NCBI GenBank assembly: GCA_910587595.1
Contig: CAJULQ010000005.1
Location: 883 to 64,882 of the forward strand
Length of the DNA: 64,000 nucleotides
Direction of reading: 5' to 3'
Source: an uncultured Christensenellaceae bacterium
GTDB taxonomy: Bacteria > Bacillota > Clostridia > Christensenellales > Pumilibacteraceae
Part shown: positions 22,003 through 30,318 of the stretch, piece after piece
How positions within the stretch are numbered: position 1 is the stretch's first letter
How the letters are laid out: each line of letters starts with the position of its first letter
The notes under the pieces: model-generated
Seen by the model: only the letters and a program-made list of their open reading frames with translations
Database searches by the model: none
What the model was told of the DNA's origin: nothing
Translations under genes and position numbers: made by a program

Positions 22003-24177
22003 ATGATCGAACTGCAACACGTTACAAAATGGTATGTTAAAAGAAAAAAGATCACGTTGGCACTGCACGATATAAACCTAACGTTGGGTGAACGCGGTTT
22101 GGTGTGCCTTGTGGGCGAATCGGGATGCGGCAAAACAACGTTGCTTAATATGTTGGGCGCGCTCGATTCGCCCACCGACGGCGCTGTTTTCGTAAACGGC
22201 AAAAAGTTGGGGGATATGAACGGCAAAGAACGGCAAAACTATCACGCGGGCGGCGTGGGGTTCATTTTTCAAGAACTCAATTTGATAGAAAGCCTTTCGG
22301 TGCGCGACAATTTGTTGCTTGTGTGCGATAAAGAAGATTTTAACGGGAAATACGCCGCCGTATTGCAAAAACTGCAAATAGACGAATTTGCCGATAAACT
22401 GCCCAAAGAACTGTCGGGCGGACAGCGCCAGCGCGTGGCCATAGCGCGCGCGATCGTAAAGGGCAGCCGTGTATTGCTGTGCGACGAACCCACGGGGTCG
22501 CTCGACCCCGACAATGCCGTTATCATATTCGAAACGCTCAAAGAGATATCGCGCGAACGGTTGGTGGTGGTGGTGTCGCACGATATAGCCACGGCAAGCA
22601 AATATGCCGATCGCATGATCCGTTTGCACAGAGGAACGGTGCAGAGCGACACAGCGAACGAGCAAGAAAACGGCAAAGGGCAAGAAAGCGCGCCCCAAGC
22701 GCAAACGGCCGAAAAAGCGGCGCGCCCCAAAGTCAAACAGAGGGTGCGTGGCTTGTTCGGGCTGTCGCTGCGCTATATTAAATGCAAGCCGGGGCGGCTG
22801 ACCGTTATGACGGTGCTCATGGTGTTTATCTTTTTTGTGTTTTCGGTGGCAAGTTCGCTGTTTTTATATTCGCCGAGCCAAACGGTGGCGCGCGGTATGC
22901 ATAAGTACAACGTGCGCTGTTTCTCCGTATGGAACGGACTGAACGCCGCGCCCTTCCAATATCCCCAGTACGATCGGGATTTTTATATTCCTTTTACGGA
23001 AGAGGACGTGGAAGATCTGCGGCAAAAAACGGGGACGCAGCCGGATATTGTGTATGATTATTTTGTGAGCGACTACAGTAATTTGGGCGAAAAAACCGAA
23101 GCGTGCCGCAGTATGGTTTTATTTAATGTGGGGTATGAGAAGAATTGGGGCGTGTATGCGCTCACGCAAGACTTTATGGATCGCTACGGTTTCACCTTGC
23201 ACGGTGCGATGCCTACGGCCGCCGACCAAGTAGTGCTCACCACCTATGCGCTGAGCATGTATATGTACCGCGGCTATCGGCAAAGCGAAACCGAACTGTT
23301 GCCCGTGCGCACTGCCCAAGATCTGATCGGCAAACGTATTGTGATGCAAGACGAACAACTAGGCGAGCGCACCTTTACGGTGTCGGGCGTGTTGGATACC
23401 GGCTTTAAGACGGAACGGTATTTATACGAATGCGACGATAGAACGGGTACATTGTTAACGGAATACGATGAAGGGGTTGTATGCGGCAGCGTGCACACCG
23501 TGATGTATATCAGCGAACCGCTTATGCAAGAGGTGACGGCGGCGCGCGCAACGCAAGAGGCGTCTCGCATTCCTTATGTGTTGTTGCCCGCCAAAAAGAT
23601 GAAAACAGCGTTGCGCTATCTGCGCGCGTGCGAAAAGTCGTTCGCACCGCCACTCGGTATGACGCATCAGGAGCAAAGCGAAATTTTAACCGTAAACTAT
23701 CGATACTATCAACTGAAAAACGAGGTAACGTGTTCGTTTGAAGAAGAATCCGATACTCTATTGCGTATACTGAGTAAGATTTTGCACTGGGTGGTCTTGG
23801 GGCTATCCGTTATTGCGGTGCTCGTAATCTTTCAGTATTTCAGCGCGTTGCTGTCGGGTCGAGAAAAGGACGTGGGCGTGTTGCGCACCGGCGGGTATAC
23901 CAAAGGGGAAATTGCGCTGCTGTTTATTTTCGAGGCGTTACTTGTATCGGCGGGTATAATCGTTTTATCCACCGTTCTTTCGGCCATCGGCGTAACGGTG
24001 GGCGCGCGCATTTTTACAAAAGCGCACTACTTGTTATTTACGCCCATGCTTTTCGGCATAAAGCAAGTGGGGCTTATTGTGGGCGTGCAGTTGCTGTTTG
24101 CCGCCGTAGGCATACTGTTGCCGCTGTTGTTATTGCTCCGCAAAAAACCCATGCAGATCATCAATGCAAGCAAATAA
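22003..24177 (+). CDS. MacB-like ABC transporter, fused ATPase + FtsX-type permease (copy 1)
   Basis: GESGCGKTT, LSGGQRQRVAIARA and LLCDEPTGSLD in the ATPase. C-terminal FtsX-like TM bundle. ATG 22003 follows GGAGGT. Confidence 0.85.
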   Translation: MIELQHVTKWYVKRKKITLALHDINLTLGERGLVCLVGESGCGKTTLLNMLGALDSPTDGAVFVNGKKLGDMNGKERQNYHAGGVGFIFQELNLIESLSVRDNLLLVCDKEDFNGKYAAVLQKLQIDEFADKLPKELSGGQRQRVAIARAIVKGSRVLLCDEPTGSLDPDNAVIIFETLKEISRERLVVVVSHDIATASKYADRMIRLHRGTVQSDTANEQENGKGQESAPQAQTAEKAARPKVKQRVRGLFGLSLRYIKCKPGRLTVMTVLMVFIFFVFSVASSLFLYSPSQTVARGMHKYNVRCFSVWNGLNAAPFQYPQYDRDFYIPFTEEDVEDLRQKTGTQPDIVYDYFVSDYSNLGEKTEACRSMVLFNVGYEKNWGVYALTQDFMDRYGFTLHGAMPTAADQVVLTTYALSMYMYRGYRQSETELLPVRTAQDLIGKRIVMQDEQLGERTFTVSGVLDTGFKTERYLYECDDRTGTLLTEYDEGVVCGSVHTVMYISEPLMQEVTAARATQEASRIPYVLLPAKKMKTALRYLRACEKSFAPPLGMTHQEQSEILTVNYRYYQLKNEVTCSFEEESDTLLRILSKILHWVVLGLSVIAVLVIFQYFSALLSGREKDVGVLRTGGYTKGEIALLFIFEALLVSAGIIVLSTVLSAIGVTVGARIFTKAHYLLFTPMLFGIKQVGLIVGVQLLFAAVGILLPLLLLLRKKPMQIINASK

Positions 24178-24235
24178 AGTAAGGCGACTATACAACGCAT
24201 TGCGTGCAACTAATACGATACGATGAGGGCATGCC

Positions 24236-26422
24236 ATGATCGAATTGAAAAACATATGCAAAGAATACGTATCGCGCAAAAAGAAAATGCGTGCGTTACA
24301 TAACGTAAACCTAACGTTAGGGGAAAACGGTCTGGTGTGCCTTGTGGGCGAATCGGGTTGCGGTAAAACCACATTGCTCAATTTGCTGGGCACACTCGAT
24401 TCGCCGTCCTACGGTGATATTTTAATAGACGGCAAAAGCATTATTAAAATGCGTGAAAGCGAGATAAACGCGTATCGCGCCACGCAAATAGGCTTTATTT
24501 TTCAAGACCTCAATTTGATCGAGGATTTAACGGTGCGCGACAATTTGTTGCTTGTGTGCAATAAAGACGAGTTGGAAAGTAAGCACCGAGCAACGTTGCA
24601 AAAATTGAAAATAGACGAATTTGCCGATAAACTGCCCAAAGAACTGTCGGGCGGACAGCGCCAGCGCGTGGCCATAGCGCGCGCGATCGTAAAGGGCAGC
24701 CGTGTATTGCTGTGCGACGAACCCACGGGGTCGCTCGATCCCGACAATGCCGTTATCATATTCGAAACGCTCAAAGAGATCTCGCACGAACGGTTGGTGG
24801 TGGTGGTTTCGCACGATATAGCCACGGCAAGTAAATATGCCGACCGCATGATCCGTTTGCACAACGGCGAAGTGCAAAGCGACACGGCGAGCGAGCAAGA
24901 ATATAGCAAGGAACAAGAAAATGCGCCCTACGCGCAAACGGCCGAAGTATCGTCGCGCCCCAAAGCCAAACAGCGGTTGCGCGGGTTGTTCGGTCTGTCG
25001 GTGCGCTATCTTAAATGCAAACCCGCACGGCTCACGATCATGGCGGTGATCTCCGTGCTTATTTTCACGTTGCTGTCGATAGTCAGCGCTGTTTCGTCGT
25101 ACGATCGCAATTCGATGATCAGACGCGCTATGGATAAAAACGATGTGCGGTATTTTACGGTAGAGCAGACCTTTAACGGAAGAATCGTGGCGTTGGGAGA
25201 AAATGCATTGGGCGGTGAGATCGGTCAAAAAGTGCACTATCCGATGCATCCATGGAGCCGAGAGGATATTGGTTGGTTTTCCGAAATCGCACAATGCACT
25301 GTGGATCCGATTTATAACCAATATGTTTGGCAACTAGATAATTTGGGCGAAAAAGAGAAGGACTATACGGTAACATACTTGTATGACAATATGCAAAATG
25401 CGGGTGTTGTGCATTATACTTCCGACTTTGCCGCGCGATACGGATTTACCTTATACGGTAGCGCGCCCGAGAAAGAGTTTGATATTGTGTTGGGCGGGCA
25501 CGCTTTTAATTTGTTCAAAACATTCGGCTATCATAACGGCGAACAAACCATAGATATCCGTGAACCGGCCGATTTGATAGGTAGAACGATTAAAGTGAAA
25601 GATTATGAAAGTATTTTTACGGTAACGGGCATATTGGATACCCGTTTCAATGCCGAACGATATGATCCTACAAGAAAGTTTAAGGATTCGGAAAGATTAA
25701 AATTGCGCACGTATACAAAAGAATTCAATGCTATCGAAAAAGGTAGCGTACATAATGTTTTCTATGTGAGCGATGCATATTATACCGATATTTTGTTAAA
25801 CGGTGCGTTTCTCGGCGCGCCCGTATATCGAGTTTTGGTTCCTACGCTTAATAAAAAGATAACAAGTCAATTGATAAGTTTTGACAATGACCGTTTGTTG
25901 CGCGACGGAACATATTTGGATTTTAACAACGAATGTGCTTACGAGTCGGTGCAGTTTGGATTTAATAACGAAGTTGTAGCTGCCGTGGAACGGGCAGACG
26001 CCGTATTCAGCGCATTGGCAAAATATATGCGGTATGTGTTTATTGGTGTGGCTGTGATTGCCGTACTTGTTGTCTATTTGTATTTCAGTGCGCTTTTGAA
26101 CAGTCGCGAAAAAGACGTAGGCGTGTTGCGCACCAATGGTTACACAAAAGGCGAGATGGTGTTGCCCTTTATCTTCGAGGCGCTTATCCTTTCGGCGGGA
26201 TTTATTGTGTTGTCGGTAATTGTGTCGGCAATTGCTATCCCCGTGTTTGTCAAACTATTCAATGCACAATACAGTCTTTTGTTTACGCCCATATCGTTTA
26301 CCTTTGCGCAAGTGGGGCTTATTGTGGGCGTGCAGTTGCTGTTTGCCGCCGTAGGCATACTGTTGCCGCTGTTGTTATTGCTCCGCAAAAAACCCATGCA
26401 GATCATCAACGCGGGCAAATAG
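24236..26422 (+). CDS. MacB-like ABC ATPase-permease fusion (copy 2)
   Basis: Paralogue of copy 1, with patches that are identical or nearly identical at nucleotide level. Confidence 0.85.
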   Translation: MIELKNICKEYVSRKKKMRALHNVNLTLGENGLVCLVGESGCGKTTLLNLLGTLDSPSYGDILIDGKSIIKMRESEINAYRATQIGFIFQDLNLIEDLTVRDNLLLVCNKDELESKHRATLQKLKIDEFADKLPKELSGGQRQRVAIARAIVKGSRVLLCDEPTGSLDPDNAVIIFETLKEISHERLVVVVSHDIATASKYADRMIRLHNGEVQSDTASEQEYSKEQENAPYAQTAEVSSRPKAKQRLRGLFGLSVRYLKCKPARLTIMAVISVLIFTLLSIVSAVSSYDRNSMIRRAMDKNDVRYFTVEQTFNGRIVALGENALGGEIGQKVHYPMHPWSREDIGWFSEIAQCTVDPIYNQYVWQLDNLGEKEKDYTVTYLYDNMQNAGVVHYTSDFAARYGFTLYGSAPEKEFDIVLGGHAFNLFKTFGYHNGEQTIDIREPADLIGRTIKVKDYESIFTVTGILDTRFNAERYDPTRKFKDSERLKLRTYTKEFNAIEKGSVHNVFYVSDAYYTDILLNGAFLGAPVYRVLVPTLNKKITSQLISFDNDRLLRDGTYLDFNNECAYESVQFGFNNEVVAAVERADAVFSALAKYMRYVFIGVAVIAVLVVYLYFSALLNSREKDVGVLRTNGYTKGEMVLPFIFEALILSAGFIVLSVIVSAIAIPVFVKLFNAQYSLLFTPISFTFAQVGLIVGVQLLFAAVGILLPLLLLLRKKPMQIINAGK

Positions 26423-26435
26423 GGAGAAAACTATA

Positions 26436-28631
26436 TTGGTGCGATTGAACAATGTGACCAAGATATACGGCAAGGGCGGCGCGAGCTGCGTCGCCTTAAA
26501 CCGTATTGATTTGGAACTACCCGATAAAGGGTTGGTGTTTATAGAGGGGCGGAGCGGCTCGGGCAAAACCACGTTGCTCAATATTATTGCGGGGTTCGAT
26601 CGTCCTACGAGCGGCACGGTGCAAACCGCATACGGTAAAAACCATTGCGCCATGATCTTTCAAGATTTTCAGCTGATCGACATGCTTACGGTACGGCAAA
26701 ATCTCGAATTGGTGCAAGACATTATGCCGCAAGCCAAACAAGACATGGCCGCATGGGCGGAAAAGTACGGATTGGGAGAATTGTTGCACAAATACCCCAA
26801 TCAAATATCGGGCGGCCAAAAACAGCGGGTGGCGATCGCGCGCGCCGTGTTGGAAAATCGCCCCATGATAGCGTGCGACGAGCCTACGGGCAATTTAGAC
26901 GAAGAAAACGCGCAAATGATCGCCGAACTGTTGGCAAACGAGGCTAAAGAACGTTTGGTGCTTGTTGTATCGCACGACAAAGAGTTGTTTGCGGATATTT
27001 GCGATCGGCATATTTATATCAAAGGCGGCGAGATCGTGCAAGACAGCGCGCCGCAAGAAACGGTTGATAAGGTATCGGCAGACGGCGGGCAAACGCGGAC
27101 AAACCCCGTAAGAGTGGGCGCGCGGTCGCAGTGTTTGCTTTCCTATCGGTGCTTTTGCAAAAATGCAGGCAAAAATATATTCTTGGCGATCGCGCTGTTT
27201 TTGTCTTTTACCGTTTTGCTGTCGGCGATCAACGGGTTGTTGAACACGGAAGGGCGCGTAATCTATAACGTGCACCGCGCGCATGGCAGTAACGCGGAAT
27301 TTGTTTTGCAAGATCCGAAATATGCGGACGAGTGGTTTGCCATGGCGGAAGAAGATTTTTCGTATGTTGCCGAAAAGGGCGAGGCGGAAGCGCGATTTGT
27401 AGACAATTCGTTTGGTATTTGGAACGGGGAAGAAATGGCTTGCACCATCGAACGGTTGTATGTGGCGCAAAGCTGTGCGCGCGAAATGGTGTGCGGCTCG
27501 AACAGCACGGAAAACAACAAAATACTTTTGTCCGATTATCTTGCCGAACGGTTGGCGGATAGTCTCGGCGTTGCCGACGTTTCCCAACTGTTGGGTGCGC
27601 CGATCGCATGGGGTTGCACGTTGGGCGGGGTGTACGCCACAAAATATTCGGACAATAAAACCGCCGCGCCGAGCGACGAAATATTGGCGCGCGAGTACCA
27701 AACGGCGTATGTTTCGATGCAAACGATCGTATCGGTGCAACCCGATAGTGCGAGCATGTGCGTGGTGGCCAATGGGCAAGCGCTTACGCCGTATAACGAA
27801 ATAAAAAAATCGTCTGCCGTAAGCAATGCGGTGTATGGTGAAAAGAGCGAGTTGGCGGCGGGCGAGATCGCGTTGTCGGTAGGCGTTGCGCAAGCGTATG
27901 CCGCGGATCCGAAAGACTTGATCGGGCAAACGGTGGAGATCGCGTTTGCCAATTATCGCAATTCGCAAAGCAGACAGCCTTACGCCGAAGTGACGGTGGC
28001 GCGCACGGTAAAATATATAGTTTCGGGTATTGATGTGATCGTATTGTCCGAAGAAGATTTTGCCGCGATCGTGCCGTTGCGCAACGGTAGGTTTTTCGGG
28101 ACGAATATTTGGGGCGTGCGCATGGCGTCTTGCTCTAAGGGGGCAACGCAGAAGTTGATTGCCGCGGGGTATACCGACGCATCGTATTGGGCGGAAAGCA
28201 TTGGCGAGGGGATCGGCTGGCAACGCACGCTCTCTTTTATAGAACTTGCGGTGGGCGCCGTGCTCTTGATCGTTTGTATCATCATTCTGTGCAATCACGT
28301 GGCCGCGCTGATCGACAAAGAAAAGCGCGCGCTCGGTGTGTTGGTGTCGTTGGGCATTCCCGTGCGGCGCACGGTGCTGCTGTTCTTGGCAAGCGTAATG
28401 CTGTCGGTGTTGTTGTGTTTGGGGCTGTCGGCCGTGGCGGGTTTTGCCACGACGGCGGGTATCAATGCGATCATGGCAACTATGGGCATGGGCGTGCATA
28501 CGTTCTTTTACGAACCGCTTTCGGTCTTGTGTCTGTTCGCCGTGTTCGTTGTGCTTGCGGCGCTGTTGTATGCGATCGTAACCATCAAACTTTCCAAAAA
28601 ACAAGTTATAGATATTATCTATGAACGTTGA
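26436..28631 (+). CDS. MacB-like ABC ATPase-permease fusion (copy 3, divergent)
   Basis: GRSGSGKTT, ISGGQKQRVAIARA and IACDEPTGNLD in the ATPase. C-terminal FtsX-like helices. TTG/GTG start. Confidence 0.8.
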   Translation: MVRLNNVTKIYGKGGASCVALNRIDLELPDKGLVFIEGRSGSGKTTLLNIIAGFDRPTSGTVQTAYGKNHCAMIFQDFQLIDMLTVRQNLELVQDIMPQAKQDMAAWAEKYGLGELLHKYPNQISGGQKQRVAIARAVLENRPMIACDEPTGNLDEENAQMIAELLANEAKERLVLVVSHDKELFADICDRHIYIKGGEIVQDSAPQETVDKVSADGGQTRTNPVRVGARSQCLLSYRCFCKNAGKNIFLAIALFLSFTVLLSAINGLLNTEGRVIYNVHRAHGSNAEFVLQDPKYADEWFAMAEEDFSYVAEKGEAEARFVDNSFGIWNGEEMACTIERLYVAQSCAREMVCGSNSTENNKILLSDYLAERLADSLGVADVSQLLGAPIAWGCTLGGVYATKYSDNKTAAPSDEILAREYQTAYVSMQTIVSVQPDSASMCVVANGQALTPYNEIKKSSAVSNAVYGEKSELAAGEIALSVGVAQAYAADPKDLIGQTVEIAFANYRNSQSRQPYAEVTVARTVKYIVSGIDVIVLSEEDFAAIVPLRNGRFFGTNIWGVRMASCSKGATQKLIAAGYTDASYWAESIGEGIGWQRTLSFIELAVGAVLLIVCIIILCNHVAALIDKEKRALGVLVSLGIPVRRTVLLFLASVMLSVLLCLGLSAVAGFATTAGINAIMATMGMGVHTFFYEPLSVLCLFAVFVVLAALLYAIVTIKLSKKQVIDIIYER

Positions 28632-28653
28632 GAAACAGAAAGATTATAAAAGG

Positions 28654-28830
28654 GTCATTTCGACCGAGCGAAAAAATCTCCTACTGCTTTTGTCATTTCG
28701 AGCGAAGTCGAGAAATCTTTCACTGTCGAAAGAGGCAGACCCCTCGACTAACGCTCGGGGTGACACAAATGGGATACTATGCTCGGGGGCAAGGGTGTGG
28801 GGTTGTCACCTCGACCGAAGCGGAGAGGCC
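28654..28830. repeat. cluster of four units of the dispersed hairpin repeat
   Basis: Four units: GTCATTTCGACCGAGCGAAAAAATCTC (28654-28680), TGTCATTTCGAGCGAAGTCGAGAAATCT (28691-28718), GAAAGAGGCAGACCCCTCGACTAACGCTCGGGGTGAC (28728-28764) and TGTCACCTCGACCGAAGCGGAGAGGCC (28804-28830). Confidence 0.85.
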
Positions 28831-28897
28831 TTTACTTCTATGAAAGTATTGGCGCGGAGATATTGCCTTTTGCATAAAAGCGTGCTATACTATATCC

Positions 28898-29407
28898 ATG
28901 ATCGGATATTATGTGGCATATCCGCCCGCGGCGGAAGAATGGGCGGAAAAGGTAAACGAGGCGTTTGCGGCGGCGGGGCTATGCAACACGCAAGACGCGG
29001 CGCATAGCGGCAAAGAGGCGTTGCGCCTTGCCGATTTTTTGTTGTTGGTGGTGACCGAGCGCGCGCAAGCGGAACTGCCCGATATGCGCAATGCGTGGGA
29101 GTTTTTCGAAAACGAGATCCGCTGGCGGCGCAAACCGCACGGCGAAATTTTGTTTATCGCGCCCGACGAGAGCGTGCTGGTTAATCTGCCGTTGCGCCTT
29201 AAAAAATACGGCTACTATTTAATGACCGAGGCGGGCGACGCGGCCGCCTACTGCAAAGACGCTTACCAAACGGCGCAAGAGAGTGCGGCGCGCGAAAAGA
29301 AAGAAATGCCGCCCGTCAAAGAGATCAAGTATTCGCCCGCGGCGGAGTCGGTGCCGCAGATAAAATTTTCGGTGCGGGCGCCCGCGATCAAATCGTTCGA
29401 CAAATAA
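28898..29407 (+). CDS. hypothetical protein, possibly TIR-like/flavodoxin-like fold
   Basis: 169 aa. Alternating beta/alpha pattern (YYVAY..EEWAEKVNEAFAAAG..FLLLVVTE..W.FFENEI..ILFIAP). Weak resemblance only. Confidence 0.5.
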   Translation: MIGYYVAYPPAAEEWAEKVNEAFAAAGLCNTQDAAHSGKEALRLADFLLLVVTERAQAELPDMRNAWEFFENEIRWRRKPHGEILFIAPDESVLVNLPLRLKKYGYYLMTEAGDAAAYCKDAYQTAQESAAREKKEMPPVKEIKYSPAAESVPQIKFSVRAPAIKSFDK

Positions 29408-29412
29408 AACGC

Positions 29413-29442
29413 TTTACAATGGGCGAGCGGGTGTGCTATAAT
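29413..29442 (+). promoter_or_regulatory. candidate promoter for pheA-secA
   Basis: TTTACA (29413-29418), 18-nt spacer, TGcTATAAT extended -10 (TATAAT at 29437-29442). Confidence 0.5.
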
Positions 29443-29484
29443 CTACGTTGAGCAATCCAAACCGTAGGAGCATGCAACGCAGCC

Positions 29485-30306
29485 GTGAAGATCAGCTATT
29501 TCGGAGATACGCGTAGCCATACGCATGCCGCCGCTCTCGCGCTGTTGCGCGACGGTGGCGTTTGCGCGTGCGCGGAAAAAGGATACGACACGGTGTTCGA
29601 AACGTTGCGGGCGGTGGCAAGCGGCGCGGCCGATTGGGGCGTGGTGCCCATGGAAAACAGCTTGGAGGGCACGGTGTCGGTGTCGGTAGACGCGCTGAGC
29701 GAGCACAAGCTGTATATCGTGCGCGAGATCGTGTTGCCCGTGCGGCAAAGTCTTATCGTGCGCGAGGGCGTGCAACTAAAAGACGTGCGCACGGTGTATT
29801 CGCACCCGCAAGCGTTGGCGCAGTGTCGCCATTCGCTGTTAAAGCTGTTGCCCCATGCCGCGGCGCAACAAGTGCCCTACACGTCGGCGGCGCTCGGCAT
29901 GTTAGACGGGCACAGCGCGGCCATTGCGCGCGAGGCGGGCGACGGACAAGCCGTGCTCATACAAGATCTGGCCGATTCGCCCGACAACTGCACGCGGTTC
30001 GTGGCGGCGGCGGCCAAGCCGAATGATGCGGGCAACAAAGTGAGTTTGCTGTTTGCCACGCGCAACGAGGCGGGCGCGCTTGTCCGCGCGTTGGCCGAGA
30101 TCGCGTCGCGCGGGTGGAACATGACCAAAATAGAATCGCGCCCCTCCGGCAAACGCATGGGGCAATACGTGTTTTACGTGGACTTTTTGTTCGACGGGTC
30201 CGACGCGTCGTTGCGATCGTTTACGGAAGCGCTCGGTAAATACACCGAAGAATGGCAGTTTTTGGGAAAGTACGACCCCTACGGATATGGGGAAAAAGGC
30301 AAATAA
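29485..30306 (+). CDS. pheA: prephenate dehydratase
   Basis: PDT domain with a TRF motif (NCTRFV). C-terminal ACT domain with ESRP (TKIESRPSGK). GTG start. Confidence 0.9.
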   Translation: MKISYFGDTRSHTHAAALALLRDGGVCACAEKGYDTVFETLRAVASGAADWGVVPMENSLEGTVSVSVDALSEHKLYIVREIVLPVRQSLIVREGVQLKDVRTVYSHPQALAQCRHSLLKLLPHAAAQQVPYTSAALGMLDGHSAAIAREAGDGQAVLIQDLADSPDNCTRFVAAAAKPNDAGNKVSLLFATRNEAGALVRALAEIASRGWNMTKIESRPSGKRMGQYVFYVDFLFDGSDASLRSFTEALGKYTEEWQFLGKYDPYGYGEKGK

Positions 30307-30318
30307 AAAGGAGCAAAT

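Noticed and set aside
26895-28604. 569-aa minus-strand ORF over ABC copy 3, plus similar long antisense ORFs over secA (29902-31395), the ribosomal genes (for example 38882-39931, 42891-44054) and the glycosidase-like gene (54593-55837, plus strand).
   Set aside because: All lie opposite strongly conserved coding sequences and are R/H/G-rich, with no start context. They are GC-driven open frames.
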